64,000 bases of DNA from Candidatus Segatella papionis (GCA_002297965.1 DBLF01000123.1:16287-80286); one strand, 5' to 3'. Counted from the stretch's first letter, positions 37,189 through 48,426 are shown. Translations and numbers: made by a program. Notes: generated by a model not told the origin, from the sequence alone.

Positions 37189-39534
37189 ATGAATTACAAG
37201 AAACTTGCTCTTACTGTTGCGGCGGGAGCTATGGCAACTTCCATGATGGCGCAGTCAGCCCCTCAGCTCAATGCCAACAACATCGACGAAGTAATCAAGG
37301 CGATGACCTTGGAGGAGAAAGCCCAGCTCTTGGTGGGCGGTGGCAACGATGGATTCGTGGGCAGTGGTGCTATGCTCGGACACCAGAAGAAGTTTGTGCC
37401 AGGAGCTGCTGGAACAACTGTCGGTATCCCACGCCTTGGCATCCCTGCTACCGTGCAGTGTGATGGTCCTGCTGGCGTGCATATTGATACCCATCGTGAT
37501 GGTGACAGTCGTACTTACTATGCCACAGGTTTCCCTATCGGTACTTGCTTGGCATCTACTTGGAACACCGAATTGATGCAGAATGTGGGTAAGGCCATCG
37601 GCAACGAGACCTTGGAGTATGGCTGTGACGTCGTGCTCGGTCCGGGTATGAACTTGCATCGCAATCCGCTTTGCGGTCGTAACTTCGAGTATTATTCCGA
37701 GGACCCTATCGTGACAGGTTTGATGGGTACAGCCTTTGTAAATGGTGTGCAGAGCCAGGGAGTGGGTGTGAGTGCCAAGCACTTTGCCGTGAACTCTCAG
37801 GAGACCCAACGTACTCATATCGACGAGCGAGTAAGTCAGCGTGCGCTTCGTGAATTGTACTTGAAAGGTTTCGAGATGATGGTTCGCAAGAGCAATCCTT
37901 GGACTATCATGTCCTCTTATAATAAGGTGAATGGTATCTATGCACAGGGTAATAAGGGGCTCTTGACAGATATTCTCCGAAACGACTGGGGATTCAAGGG
38001 TATCGTGGAGACCGACTGGATTGGTATTCGTGAGGACTTGCCCGTAAGCCAAGAGGTGGAAGCTGGCAACGACTTGATGATGCCTGGCTATCCAGCACAG
38101 GTGGAAGCTATCGTAAAAGCTGTGAAGGACGGTAAGCTCGACATCGCCGACGTGGATAGAAACGTTCGCCGTATGCTTGAATATATTGTGAAGACTCCTC
38201 GTTTTAAGGGATATAAATATAGTGGTGAGCCAGATTTGAAGGCTCATGCAGCCATCACTCGCCAGAGCAGTACTGAGGGTATGGTACTCTTGAAGAACGA
38301 CAATGCGCTTCCTATCAAAAACTTGAAGACCGTGGCTCTCTTCGGTGTCAATTCCTATGACTTCCTATCGGGTGGTCTCGGTAGTGGTGCTGTCAACGTA
38401 GGCTACTCTGTGGATATGGTGACAGGCTTGAAGAACATCGGTGTAGCTACCACTCCTTTGCTCACGGAAATCTACCAGAACTATGTGAAGTATGCCAAGG
38501 CAAAGCTGAAGGCAGACAAGAACCCAATGATGTGGTTCCTTGACCAAGGTCAGCCAAAGCTCGATGAAATCGAGATTACCGAGCGTTGCGTGGCAAGCGA
38601 GGAGCCTAAGGCTGATGCTGCCATCATCACCATCGGTCGTCAGGCAGGCGAGGGTATGGATAGAGAGAACATCATCGGCGAGTTTGAGTTGACTCAGGAC
38701 GAGCGAGATATGATTACTCGTATCTCCGATGTGTTCCATGCCAAGGGAAAGAAGGTCATCGTGGTTATCAACTCAGGTTCTGTCATGGAGACCGCTAGTT
38801 GGAGAGACCGTGTGGATGCCATCCTCGTGGCTTGGCAGCCAGGCATCGAAGGCGGTAACTCTGTAGCCGACATCCTTTCGGGTAAGGTAAATCCTTCTGG
38901 TAAGTTGACGATGACTTGGCCTATCTCCGTATATGACCATCCTTCTACCGCCAACTATGCCAAGAAGTACGATATGTACACCTATACTAATATGCAGGAT
39001 GGCTCTAAGCCAGGCATCGATTTCAACAACCACGAGGAGGACATCTACGTGGGCTATCGTTACTTCGATACCTTCAAGAAGAACGTGGCTTATCCATTCG
39101 GTTATGGCTTGAGCTACACCACTTTCGAGTTTGGTAAGCCATCTGTCAAGGCGAATGGCAACAACATCGAGGTAAGTGTCAGCGTGAAGAATACCGGTAA
39201 GGTAGCTGGCAAGCAGGTAGCCGAGGTTTATGTTACCGCTCCTAAGGGTGCTTATGAGAAGCCTGCCAAGGAACTCAAGACTTTTGGTAAGACCAAGGAG
39301 TTGAAGCCAGGTGAGAGCCAGACTTTGAAGATGACCCTCGAAAAGCGTGACCTCGCCAGCTTCGATGAGGCTAACAGCCAGTGGAAGGTAGATGCCGGTA
39401 ACTACATCTTCAAGGTGGGTACCGATGTGGAGAACATCAAGGGCACCGCTACATTGAAGGTTGCTGAATATACCGAGAAGGTAAGCAATGCCTGCCCAGT
39501 GAATGTACAGATGAACTACTTGAAGCAGAAGTAA
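37189..39534 (+). CDS. GH3 beta-glucosidase/beta-xylosidase
   Basis: DGPAG, GRNFEYYSEDP, KHFAVN, VETDW nucleophile, FGYGLSYT. Confidence 0.93.
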   Translation: MNYKKLALTVAAGAMATSMMAQSAPQLNANNIDEVIKAMTLEEKAQLLVGGGNDGFVGSGAMLGHQKKFVPGAAGTTVGIPRLGIPATVQCDGPAGVHIDTHRDGDSRTYYATGFPIGTCLASTWNTELMQNVGKAIGNETLEYGCDVVLGPGMNLHRNPLCGRNFEYYSEDPIVTGLMGTAFVNGVQSQGVGVSAKHFAVNSQETQRTHIDERVSQRALRELYLKGFEMMVRKSNPWTIMSSYNKVNGIYAQGNKGLLTDILRNDWGFKGIVETDWIGIREDLPVSQEVEAGNDLMMPGYPAQVEAIVKAVKDGKLDIADVDRNVRRMLEYIVKTPRFKGYKYSGEPDLKAHAAITRQSSTEGMVLLKNDNALPIKNLKTVALFGVNSYDFLSGGLGSGAVNVGYSVDMVTGLKNIGVATTPLLTEIYQNYVKYAKAKLKADKNPMMWFLDQGQPKLDEIEITERCVASEEPKADAAIITIGRQAGEGMDRENIIGEFELTQDERDMITRISDVFHAKGKKVIVVINSGSVMETASWRDRVDAILVAWQPGIEGGNSVADILSGKVNPSGKLTMTWPISVYDHPSTANYAKKYDMYTYTNMQDGSKPGIDFNNHEEDIYVGYRYFDTFKKNVAYPFGYGLSYTTFEFGKPSVKANGNNIEVSVSVKNTGKVAGKQVAEVYVTAPKGAYEKPAKELKTFGKTKELKPGESQTLKMTLEKRDLASFDEANSQWKVDAGNYIFKVGTDVENIKGTATLKVAEYTEKVSNACPVNVQMNYLKQK

Positions 39535-39668
39535 GTCTCAGGTACAGCTAATCATTTTAACAACAATAGACTCCCGTCTCGTTCTGAGGTGGGAGTTTTT
39601 GTTTGTGGAGCAGTAAGAAGATGTTGCTAAAGGTAATAGCAGAAGCCTATGCAACTAGGAAAAAGTTC

Positions 39669-39750
39669 CGTTCCGTGACTCGGAATGTCCGTTCCGTGAC
39701 ACGGAATGTGCATTCCAAGACACGGAACGGACATTCCGAGTCACGGAACG
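39669..39750. repeat. REP-like palindromic array: four ~21-bp units forming a 30-bp perfect inverted repeat
   Basis: 39669-39698 is the exact reverse complement of 39721-39750. Confidence 0.9.
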
Positions 39751-39783
39751 AAGATTTCTCATGGTAATAATAACATTTTTATC

Positions 39784-39827
39784 TAGTCTTAGAACCATAT
39801 TCTTATAGTCTTAGAACCATATTCTTA
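39784..39827. repeat. 22-bp perfect tandem duplication
   Basis: tagtcttagaaccatattctta repeated twice. Confidence 0.9.
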
Positions 39828-39991
39828 TATGGATATCGAAACCTCCTTTGAGGTGCATGAGGAAGGATTACCTTATGTATGTATCCTTTTATCTTCATAC
39901 GCAACCTTTTTTAGCCTTTTTTATTTTGTGCTTCACCTATTTTGTTGTACCTTTGCACACGAAATTCGAATTTAAATTATTTTATGTAATT

Positions 39992-41509
39992 ATGGCAAAA
40001 AAAGCTCTTTTGATGATTCTCGATGGATGGGGAATCGGTAAGCATGACAAGGGGGATGTAATCTATAACACTCCAACCCCTTATCTCGACTATTTGACAG
40101 CAGTTTCAGCTCACTCTCAGCTCCAGGCTTGCGGTGAGAACGTAGGTCTCCCAGAGGGACAGATGGGTAACTCTGAGGTAGGTCACCTCAACATCGGTGC
40201 TGGTCGTGTGGTATATCAGGATCTCGTTAAGATCAACAAGGCTTGCGAGAGCGGTGACATCTTGAAGAATCAGGAAATCATCAACGCTTACAGCTACGCT
40301 CAGAAGACTGGCAAGAAGCTCCACTTGATGGGCTTGACTTCTACCGGTGGCGTTCACTCTTCTTTGAACCACCTCTTCAAGTTGATCGAAATCTCTAAGG
40401 AATATGGCTTGAAGAATACATACGTTCACTGCTTCATGGATGGTCGTGACACCGACCCTAAGAGTGGTAAGGGCTTCATCGAGCAGGTTCAGGCTTGCTG
40501 CGAGAAGAACGACGCTCACATCGCCAGCATCGTAGGTCGTTTCTATGCAATGGACCGCGACAAGCGTTGGAACCGTGTGAAGGAAGCATACGACTTGCTC
40601 GTCGAGGGCAAGGGTAAGCAGGCTGACGACATGGTGAAGGCTATGCAGGAAAGCTACGACGAGGATGTAACCGACGAGTTCATCAAGCCAATCAACAACT
40701 CTGCCGTTGACGGTACAATCCAGGAGGGTGATGTCATCATCTTCATCAACTATCGTAACGATCGTGCCAAGGAGTTGACCCAGGTATTGACTCAGCAGGA
40801 TATGCCAGAGGAAGGCATGCACACCATCAAGGACTTGCAGTACTACTGCATGACTCCATACGATGCTAGCTTCAAGGGTGTTCACATCCTCTTCCCTAAG
40901 GAGAACGTGATGGATACACTCGGCGAGTACCTCAGCAAGCAGGGCAAGAAGCAACTCCACACTGCAGAGACAGAGAAGTATGCTCACGTAACATTCTTCT
41001 TCAATGGTGGTCGTGAGACTCCATACGAGGGCGAGGATCGTATCTTGGTTCCTTCTCCAAAGGTAGCTACTTACGACTTGAAGCCAGAGATGAGCGCTTA
41101 CGAGGTAAAGGATAAGTTGGTGGGTGCCATCAACACTCAGGAGTACGACTTCATCGTGGTTAACTTCGCCAATGGTGATATGGTGGGTCACACAGGTATC
41201 TACAACGCCATCGCCAAGGCAGTTCATGCTGTTGACAACTGCGTAAAGGACGTTATCGAGGCTGCCAAGGCTAACGATTACGAGGCTATCATCATCGCTG
41301 ACCATGGTAACGCTGACCACGCCATCAACGAGGACGGTACTCCAAACACTGCTCACTCTTTGAACCCAGTTCCATTCATCTACGTAACTGACAACAACTC
41401 AGCTACCGTTAAGGATGGTCGCTTGGCAGACGTAGCTCCATCTATCCTCCACATCATGGGCTTGGAGCAGCCAGCTGATATGACTGGTGAGAACTTGATC
41501 AATGACTAA
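39992..41509 (+). CDS. gpmI: 2,3-bisphosphoglycerate-independent phosphoglycerate mutase
   Basis: [28 protein letters not shown]; start placed at MAKK. Confidence 0.96.
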   Translation: MAKKALLMILDGWGIGKHDKGDVIYNTPTPYLDYLTAVSAHSQLQACGENVGLPEGQMGNSEVGHLNIGAGRVVYQDLVKINKACESGDILKNQEIINAYSYAQKTGKKLHLMGLTSTGGVHSSLNHLFKLIEISKEYGLKNTYVHCFMDGRDTDPKSGKGFIEQVQACCEKNDAHIASIVGRFYAMDRDKRWNRVKEAYDLLVEGKGKQADDMVKAMQESYDEDVTDEFIKPINNSAVDGTIQEGDVIIFINYRNDRAKELTQVLTQQDMPEEGMHTIKDLQYYCMTPYDASFKGVHILFPKENVMDTLGEYLSKQGKKQLHTAETEKYAHVTFFFNGGRETPYEGEDRILVPSPKVATYDLKPEMSAYEVKDKLVGAINTQEYDFIVVNFANGDMVGHTGIYNAIAKAVHAVDNCVKDVIEAAKANDYEAIIIADHGNADHAINEDGTPNTAHSLNPVPFIYVTDNNSATVKDGRLADVAPSILHIMGLEQPADMTGENLIND

Positions 41510-41568
41510 TAATTTATTTTATAAGGAGTTTAGGCATTTGGTGCCTAAACTCCATTTATCAATTTAAT

Positions 41569-42234
41569 ATGGACGTAAAGATAGAAGACAGTTGGAGACA
41601 GCATATTGGGGATGAGTTCGAGAAGCAATACTTCGTCGATCTCACAAACTTTGTACGTGAGGAATACCTACATACGCCTTGCTATCCTCCCGGCAAGCTG
41701 ATATTCAACGCCTTCAATCTTTGTCCCTTTGATGATGTGAAGGTGGTGATTATCGGGCAAGACCCATACCATGAGCCAGGACAGGCAATGGGATTGAGCT
41801 TCTCCGTGCCTACGGGCATCGCTTTTCCTCCATCATTGATAAATATCTTCAAGGAGATTCAGATGGATCTCGGTACACCGATGCCTCAGTCGGGCGACTT
41901 GACCCGATGGGCTAAGCAGGGAGTACTGCTTCTCAACGCCACGCTGACCGTTCGTGCCCATCAGGCAGCGAGTCACCAGCGCAAAGGTTGGGAGGAGTTT
42001 ACCGATGCAGCCATCAAGGCACTCAGCAAGGACAAGGAACATTTGGTGTTTATCCTTTGGGGCGGTTATGCCCGTAGCAAGGCTAACCTCATCGACACAA
42101 GCAAGCACTTGATATTGCAGAGCGTGCATCCTTCGCCACTGTCAGCCAACCGAGGCGGATGGTTTGGCAATCATCATTTCTCTCGCTGCAACGAGTATTT
42201 GCAGCAGAACGGAATCACCCCGATAAAATGGTAA
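41569..42234 (+). CDS. ung: Uracil-DNA glycosylase
   Basis: GQDPYH, GVLLLN, HPSPLS. Confidence 0.96.
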   Translation: MDVKIEDSWRQHIGDEFEKQYFVDLTNFVREEYLHTPCYPPGKLIFNAFNLCPFDDVKVVIIGQDPYHEPGQAMGLSFSVPTGIAFPPSLINIFKEIQMDLGTPMPQSGDLTRWAKQGVLLLNATLTVRAHQAASHQRKGWEEFTDAAIKALSKDKEHLVFILWGGYARSKANLIDTSKHLILQSVHPSPLSANRGGWFGNHHFSRCNEYLQQNGITPIKW

Positions 42235-42297
42235 TATTTTCATAAGCATCTCTTAGAAAGATGCTTTATTTTTGCATATACATTTCATACAAACATT

Positions 42298-42930
42298 ATG
42301 AACAAAGACGAACTTCGTATTCTCCAGGTGGGCAATGTTTTGGTCTCTCCTGACATCATCACCGAAAAATTCTGTTGCGACCTTGATGCCTGCAAGGGCG
42401 AATGCTGCATCGAAGGCGATGCCGGAGCACCTGTTACTCTCGATGAAATCATGGAGATAGAGAATGCGCTCGATGTGGTCTGGGACGACCTGTCGGCTTC
42501 AGCACAGGCTGTCATCGACAAGCAGGGCGTAGCCTATACAGATATCGAGGGCGACTTGGTAACGAGCATCGTCAACGGCAAGGACTGTGTGTTTACTTGC
42601 TATCAGGACTTAAAGGATATGAACGATGGACATACCATCCCGAATTGTTGTCTTTGCTCCTTGGAACGTGCTTACAGAGAGGGTAAGTCGAAGTTTAAGA
42701 AGCCAATTTCCTGTGCGCTTTATCCGATACGTGCCAAGGACTTTGGCAATGATGTGGTAGGCATCAACTATAACAAGTGGCGCATCTGCAAGGATGCCAT
42801 CAAGAAAGGCGAGGAGTTGAATATGCCTGTCTATAAGTTCTTGGAAGGACCGCTTGTGGAGAAGTTCGGTCAGGAGTGGTACGATGAACTCTGCGAGGTG
42901 GCAGAGCAGTTACTTGCCGAATTGGATTAA
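42298..42930 (+). CDS. Cys-rich conserved protein (DUF3109-like)
   Basis: FCCDLDACKGECCIEGDAGAP, KPISCALYP. Confidence 0.8.
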   Translation: MNKDELRILQVGNVLVSPDIITEKFCCDLDACKGECCIEGDAGAPVTLDEIMEIENALDVVWDDLSASAQAVIDKQGVAYTDIEGDLVTSIVNGKDCVFTCYQDLKDMNDGHTIPNCCLCSLERAYREGKSKFKKPISCALYPIRAKDFGNDVVGINYNKWRICKDAIKKGEELNMPVYKFLEGPLVEKFGQEWYDELCEVAEQLLAELD

Positions 42931-42960
42931 ACAAAAAAGAGATTTCGAAAAGCGGATAAG

Positions 42961-43905
42961 CTATTCCGAAATCTCTAATCCCTCGATATTTACGATGTCG
43001 CTTCTTTTGAATCGCCCGCTCCAAGTGAGCGTGTAAATTCTACGGTCTTGGTATTTGAAGCGGAAGAATGCTTGTTCATCCAATTCACCGTTGCAAATGT
43101 ATTGATAACCATTGATATAGAGCCTGTCTCCTTTATGGGCTTCTCTTAAAGTGAGGCGGATGGTGCCATGGAAAGGACGCCCGAAGTCGATGTTGTAGCC
43201 GATGGAATCGGTAAATGTATATACAGGATTTAATACATTGTATAATTTGTTTTCTGCCTTGTAAACTTTGCTTTCTTTGAATGTAGAAAGTTTTTTTGAG
43301 ACAGAAGCATCCTTGTCCTTGTTATTCCTTGTTATTCCATCGTTATCCTTAACCATACTGCCGGTTGGGTGTAGCCATCCATAAGGCTGAAATTCTTCTG
43401 ATTTCCAAGCTTGTGTATTTACTTGTCCATCAAAATGTTCGTTCTCGCCATTGCTACATTCCTTAAGTTGTCGGCATAGCCATTTTCCGTCAGCCTTGTG
43501 GTAGAACGGAATGCTATCTTGGTCCCAACCGTAAAATTCCAGTGATAGTTGTTTGCCGTGGCTAGGTTTGCCCTGTGGGGCATACCATACGGCAACGATA
43601 TTCTCGCCATTTCGCAGATACTGGGTCACATCGAAGGTTCTACAGAGAAGCATTCCATCTTTAATGCCATCAAATTTCATACTTCCTGTTACATTTCTTT
43701 CGTTGATGTAGAGCCTATATATGCCAGTGCTAGCGATGGACATTTGTGCTTGCATGGGGCGCTGATGTATGATGTATCTCTTGCGAAACCAAACTTCCGA
43801 TGAATCGTTGGGCAGTGGATAGGAAATCCAATGGGTACCAAACTCCTGCGCATGGGAGTTCAGTACCCAGAGGAGGGTAAGGATGAGAATAGTTAGATGT
43901 CTCAT
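42961..43905 (-). CDS. Secreted protein resembling the non-catalytic N-terminal domains of GH78 alpha-L-rhamnosidases
   Basis: Signal peptide; WFRKRY, GIYRLYIN, FDVTQYLRNGEN, DFGR; too short for a catalytic barrel. Confidence 0.6.
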   Translation of the reverse strand: MRHLTILILTLLWVLNSHAQEFGTHWISYPLPNDSSEVWFRKRYIIHQRPMQAQMSIASTGIYRLYINERNVTGSMKFDGIKDGMLLCRTFDVTQYLRNGENIVAVWYAPQGKPSHGKQLSLEFYGWDQDSIPFYHKADGKWLCRQLKECSNGENEHFDGQVNTQAWKSEEFQPYGWLHPTGSMVKDNDGITRNNKDKDASVSKKLSTFKESKVYKAENKLYNVLNPVYTFTDSIGYNIDFGRPFHGTIRLTLREAHKGDRLYINGYQYICNGELDEQAFFRFKYQDRRIYTLTWSGRFKRSDIVNIEGLEISE

Positions 43906-43969
43906 TTAAATGTTATTTTTTTGTCTGTTATCTCTTTTGGGTAGCTTCTAGCATGCAGCAACGCTCAGA

Positions 43970-46348
43970 TTATTTGATGTTTTTGGTTTCTCCTGCTTTG
44001 AATTTGAGAATTTTCTGCTTGCCATTGTAGTTAACTATGAGATTGCCTGCATTTTTGCTAGTGATGCTAGCCTTGGTGATCTTGCCTTTGTCCCATGCTA
44101 GAGAGACCGCGTAATTGCCACGTGCTTTGAGGCCTTTCATTTCGCCATTTGACCATTCTTTAGGCAATGCAGGGAGTAAATCTATTGTCTCTCCGTCGCT
44201 TTGCATCAACATCTCACAGATTCCCGCTGTTCCGCCGAAGTTTCCGTCAATTTGGAACGGTGGATGAGCATCGAAGAAGTTAGGGTAGGTTCCGCCACTA
44301 TGGTGTGTGCGGTCCTTATAAACTTCAGGGCTTACATAGGTGAGCAACTTTCTGAATATCTGATACGCCTTGTCGCCACGGTGCAAGCGAGCCCAAAGAT
44401 TAATTCTCCAACCAGTGCTCCATCCTGTAGATTTGTCGCCTTTGATTTCCAAGGTTTTGGTCGCAGCAGCTGCAAGCTCTGGTGTCTTTGCCACGGAAAT
44501 CTGATGGAAAGGGTAGAGACCCAACAGGTGTGACTGGTGGCGATGGTGCCAGTCTTGGTCGTCCCAATCATGATACCACTCCATGAGGTTGCCACGTTTG
44601 CCGATATGATATGGGCGTAGGCGATTGAGCGCAGATTGTAACTGCTGCTGATAGGCTATGTCGATGCCGAGAATCTTGGCTCCCTTCAATGTGTTCTTGA
44701 AGAGTTCACGGATGATCGCAAGGTCAGCGGTTCCTCCATAAAAGCTACTGCCACGATAACCTTTATCTGTGATATAGTCAGCCTCTGGCGAGGTGCAAGG
44801 AGCTGTAATCAACTCGTTTGGATTGTGAGGATTTGGGATGAGCCATTCAAGGAGGAAGTCGGCAGCTCCTTTCATCAGTGGATATGCTGTGTTTCGGAGA
44901 TATGCAGTGTCACGAGTGTAATCGTAATGGTCCCAGAGGGTTTCAACGAGCCATGCTCCTCCCATCGCCCAATTGCTCCACTGGGGACTTTCGTTGCCTG
45001 TCCCTACAGGGTTTGTCATCGCCCATGCGTCTGTGTTATGTCCGGAACACCAACCCTTGTTGATACCATAGAAATGTTGGGCATTGTGGCGACCTGTCAC
45101 CGACATACCCTTTACCAAGCCATCTACGGGAGCAACGAGTTCTGAGAGGTTAGCTATTTCAGCAGGCCAGTAGTTTTCCTCCAGGTTGATGTTGATGGTA
45201 TAGTTGCCTCTCCAAGGAGAGCGAAGAGCAGGAGCCCAAAGCCCCTGCAGATTGGCTGGTACGCCTTGGGTTCGGCTGCTGCTGATGAGCAGGTATCTAC
45301 CGTATTGGAAGTAGAGTTGTTCCAAGTAAGGATTGTACTCTTTGTCGTCGCTGTAGGCGAGCAACTGTTTGTCTGTAGGACGGTTGGCGTCGAACTTTGC
45401 GTCTTTTAAGTGGAAGCTTACTCTGTCGAAGAGTTTCTTGTAGTCTGCAATGTGTCGTTGCTTGAATTCCTCGTAGGTGAAGTTTACAAGATGCCAGGCA
45501 TCGTCGGCTACATTCTCTATATAGGGCGCTCCTTCTTTAACAGGGTGCTTGTCGAAGCCATTGTAGCTAGTCTCGTTGACAAGATAAATTACCGCCTCAG
45601 ATACATCTTTTAGATGCAGGGTGGAATCACTTTGCCATACTTCTCCATCGGTATTTTTTACTTGAAGAATAGCACAGTAGTGGGTACTATTATTTTCTTC
45701 GCCCAACACATGTCCCGTCATTGTTAGCTGACTGCCTGAAGCTTTCACCTGATGAGGAATGAGCGAAGTCAAGGAAATATCGCTGTTGATGGCTCCTTTT
45801 TGGGAAGCGGAAAGTTTGATGGCGATCATTTTGTCAGGATGAGAAGCGAAGTATTCTTTGGTATATTCCACGCCATTGCGCTTGTAGCGAATGGTTGCCA
45901 GAGAGTTATCGAGGTTCAGCTCACGATAATACTCGGTAAATTTTCCAGGATTGCGATCTCGTATATTAATCATGCCCAATGGCTGATAATATTCTGAATT
46001 GTGTCCTTGCACATAGTGTTGCAAGGAGTCGGCAGTCTTGTAGTCTTCTTTGAAGAGAGCTTCCCTGATTTTGGGAATCCATTTATAGGAATCACCACCT
46101 TCGTTAGGATTGACGGGTATGCCCGTCCACAGCGTGATGTCGTTGAGTTGGATGGAGTCGTTGTTGGCACCACCATAGACTAAAGCGCCTAGCTTACCAT
46201 TTCCTAATGGAAGCGACTCCTCGAAAGCGTATGCGGGTTTATTGTACCATAGCTTGTTGGGTAATGCTGATTTGGGCGAATGCCCTACTGCAAAACAGCT
46301 CGTCGTACCTAAAGCTGCAAGTGCAAAGGTGAAAAGAAGATGTCTCAT
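43970..46348 (-). CDS. GH95 alpha-L-fucosidase/alpha-L-galactosidase
   Basis: LPLGNGKLGA, YGRYLLISSSR, NINLEENYW, HRHQSHL, HPPFQIDGNFG; start placed at MRHLL. Confidence 0.93.
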   Translation of the reverse strand: MRHLLFTFALAALGTTSCFAVGHSPKSALPNKLWYNKPAYAFEESLPLGNGKLGALVYGGANNDSIQLNDITLWTGIPVNPNEGGDSYKWIPKIREALFKEDYKTADSLQHYVQGHNSEYYQPLGMINIRDRNPGKFTEYYRELNLDNSLATIRYKRNGVEYTKEYFASHPDKMIAIKLSASQKGAINSDISLTSLIPHQVKASGSQLTMTGHVLGEENNSTHYCAILQVKNTDGEVWQSDSTLHLKDVSEAVIYLVNETSYNGFDKHPVKEGAPYIENVADDAWHLVNFTYEEFKQRHIADYKKLFDRVSFHLKDAKFDANRPTDKQLLAYSDDKEYNPYLEQLYFQYGRYLLISSSRTQGVPANLQGLWAPALRSPWRGNYTININLEENYWPAEIANLSELVAPVDGLVKGMSVTGRHNAQHFYGINKGWCSGHNTDAWAMTNPVGTGNESPQWSNWAMGGAWLVETLWDHYDYTRDTAYLRNTAYPLMKGAADFLLEWLIPNPHNPNELITAPCTSPEADYITDKGYRGSSFYGGTADLAIIRELFKNTLKGAKILGIDIAYQQQLQSALNRLRPYHIGKRGNLMEWYHDWDDQDWHHRHQSHLLGLYPFHQISVAKTPELAAAATKTLEIKGDKSTGWSTGWRINLWARLHRGDKAYQIFRKLLTYVSPEVYKDRTHHSGGTYPNFFDAHPPFQIDGNFGGTAGICEMLMQSDGETIDLLPALPKEWSNGEMKGLKARGNYAVSLAWDKGKITKASITSKNAGNLIVNYNGKQKILKFKAGETKNIK

Positions 46349-46455
46349 AAGATAATTGATATATAATGAAATAGGGTTTGTTAGTTGCTGATGATAGATA
46401 AACAAAGGGGGAAGACTCTTTCGATGAGTCTGCCCCCGATATTGTTGTACTAGCT

Positions 46456-48426
46456 TTATGCGTCGATATTTGCGTAGGTTGCATTCTGCTCGATGAACTC
46501 ACGTCGAGGTTCTACGTCATCACCCATCAGCATGGAGAATATCTCATCTGCCTGAGCTGCGTTCTCGATGGTTACCTGTTTGAGCAAGCGAGTAGATGGA
46601 TCCATGGTGGTTTCCCAAAGCTGCTCTGGGTTCATCTCGCCCAAACCTTTGTAACGCTGGGTGTGGATGTTTTTGTCTTCTTGTCCCTCGCCATATTTGT
46701 CGAGGAAAGCCTGGCGCTGCTGCTCTGTATAGCAATATTCACTAATCTTGCTGCGGTAAGTACACTTGTAGAGAGGTGGGGTAGCGATATACAAGTGCCC
46801 TTCCTCGATAACTTTAGGCATGAAGCGATAGAAGAGAGTCATGATAAGTGTGTCGATGTGAGAACCATCGACATCAGCATCGGTCATGATGATGATCTTA
46901 TCGTAACGCAACTTGTCTGTATTGGCTTCCTTGCTGTCCTCTCCATCCACGCCGAAGCGAACGCCGATACTCTGGATGATGTTCATTACAGACTCAGCCT
47001 CGAATACCTTGTGCCATTGTACCTTCTCTACGTTCAGAATCTTACCACGCAAAGGAAGAATGGCCTGATGGAAGCGGTCGCGTCCTTGCTTGGCTGAACC
47101 ACCAGCGGAATCACCCTCGACAAGGAAGATTTCGCATTCCTTAGGGTCCTTCATTGAGCAATCGGCAAGCTTGCCAGGAAGACCGCCACCTGTCATAAAG
47201 TTCTTGCGCTGTACGCTCTCGCGTGCCTTGCGAGCTGCAATACGAGCAGTAGCTGCCAATACCACTTTCTCGCAGATGCGCTTCGCCTCGTCTGGATGCT
47301 CCTCCAAATAAGCTGACAAAGCTTCGTTCACAGCCTGCTGAACTGCTCCCTGTACTTCGCTGTTGCCAAGTTTGGTCTTGGTCTGTCCCTCGAACTGAGG
47401 TTCAGCCACCTTGATGGAGATAACTGCTGTAAGACCTTCACGGAAGTCCTCTGGGGCAATCTCTACCTTGGCTTTCTCTATCTGCTTGGAGATTTGTGGA
47501 TCGTTTTCGGCGTATGCCTTCAAGGTGCGTGTCAACGCCATACGGAAACCGGTGAGGTGTGTACCTCCCTCGATGGTGTTGATATTGTTGACGTATGAGT
47601 GGATGTTCTCAGTGTAGTCTGTGTTGTACATCACGGCAATCTCGATAGGTACGCCTTGTTTCTCGGTCTTCAAGTAGATGACATCGTCGAAGAGGTGTGT
47701 GCGGTGGCGATCTACGTAACGCACGAATTCCTTCAATCCGTCTTTGGCATGGAATACTTCTTGCTTTGTCTTGCCTTCCTCGTCAGGGCGAAGGTCGGTC
47801 AAAGTTATCTTGATGCCGGCATTGAGGAATGCCAACTCGCGCATACGGTTGGCGATGATGTCCCACTTATATATTGTGTGGGTGAAGATTGTAGGGTCTG
47901 GCCAGAATTGCTGACGTGTACCACGCTTGGTGGTTTCGCCTACAATCTTGACTGGATAGAGAGGCTTTCCCTTCTCGTATTCCTGCTGGTATATTTTGCC
48001 ATTGCGGAATACTTGTGACTTCATGTGTGTGGAAAGTGCGTTCACACAACTTACACCCACACCGTGCAAACCTCCGGACACCTTGTAAGAGCCCTTGTCG
48101 AACTTTCCACCGGCGTGGAGTACGGTCATTACGACTTCCAATGCTGACTTGTGGAGCTTCTCGTGCATATCCACAGGGATACCACGACCATTGTCTTCTA
48201 CAGTGATGGAGTTGTCTTCATTGATGGTTACTTCGATTTCAGTACAATAACCTGCCATCGCTTCATCGATAGAGTTATCGACGGTCTCGTTTACCAAATG
48301 GTGAAGACCCTTTTCGGAAATGTCTCCAATGTACATTGCCGGACGTTTGCGAACAGCTTCCAAACCTTCCAAGACTTGGATGTTGCTCGCAGAGTAATTA
48401 TTTGCGGTGTTTTGATTTTCTGCCAT
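46456..48426 (-). CDS. gyrB: DNA gyrase subunit B
   Basis: VRKRPAMYIG, SGGLHGVG, EGDSAGG, PLRGK, DADVDG, YKGLGEM. Confidence 0.97.
   Translation of the reverse strand: MAENQNTANNYSASNIQVLEGLEAVRKRPAMYIGDISEKGLHHLVNETVDNSIDEAMAGYCTEIEVTINEDNSITVEDNGRGIPVDMHEKLHKSALEVVMTVLHAGGKFDKGSYKVSGGLHGVGVSCVNALSTHMKSQVFRNGKIYQQEYEKGKPLYPVKIVGETTKRGTRQQFWPDPTIFTHTIYKWDIIANRMRELAFLNAGIKITLTDLRPDEEGKTKQEVFHAKDGLKEFVRYVDRHRTHLFDDVIYLKTEKQGVPIEIAVMYNTDYTENIHSYVNNINTIEGGTHLTGFRMALTRTLKAYAENDPQISKQIEKAKVEIAPEDFREGLTAVISIKVAEPQFEGQTKTKLGNSEVQGAVQQAVNEALSAYLEEHPDEAKRICEKVVLAATARIAARKARESVQRKNFMTGGGLPGKLADCSMKDPKECEIFLVEGDSAGGSAKQGRDRFHQAILPLRGKILNVEKVQWHKVFEAESVMNIIQSIGVRFGVDGEDSKEANTDKLRYDKIIIMTDADVDGSHIDTLIMTLFYRFMPKVIEEGHLYIATPPLYKCTYRSKISEYCYTEQQRQAFLDKYGEGQEDKNIHTQRYKGLGEMNPEQLWETTMDPSTRLLKQVTIENAAQADEIFSMLMGDDVEPRREFIEQNATYANIDA

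Noticed and set aside
39669..39827. Possible CRISPR array
   Set aside because: Units are contiguous or inverted with no unique spacers, and there are no cas genes
40106..41356. Long antisense ORFs (also 25616-26800, 37255-38247, 54340-55251, 60454-61503)
   Set aside because: Shadow frames opposite well-supported genes with biased codon usage; no recognisable motifs
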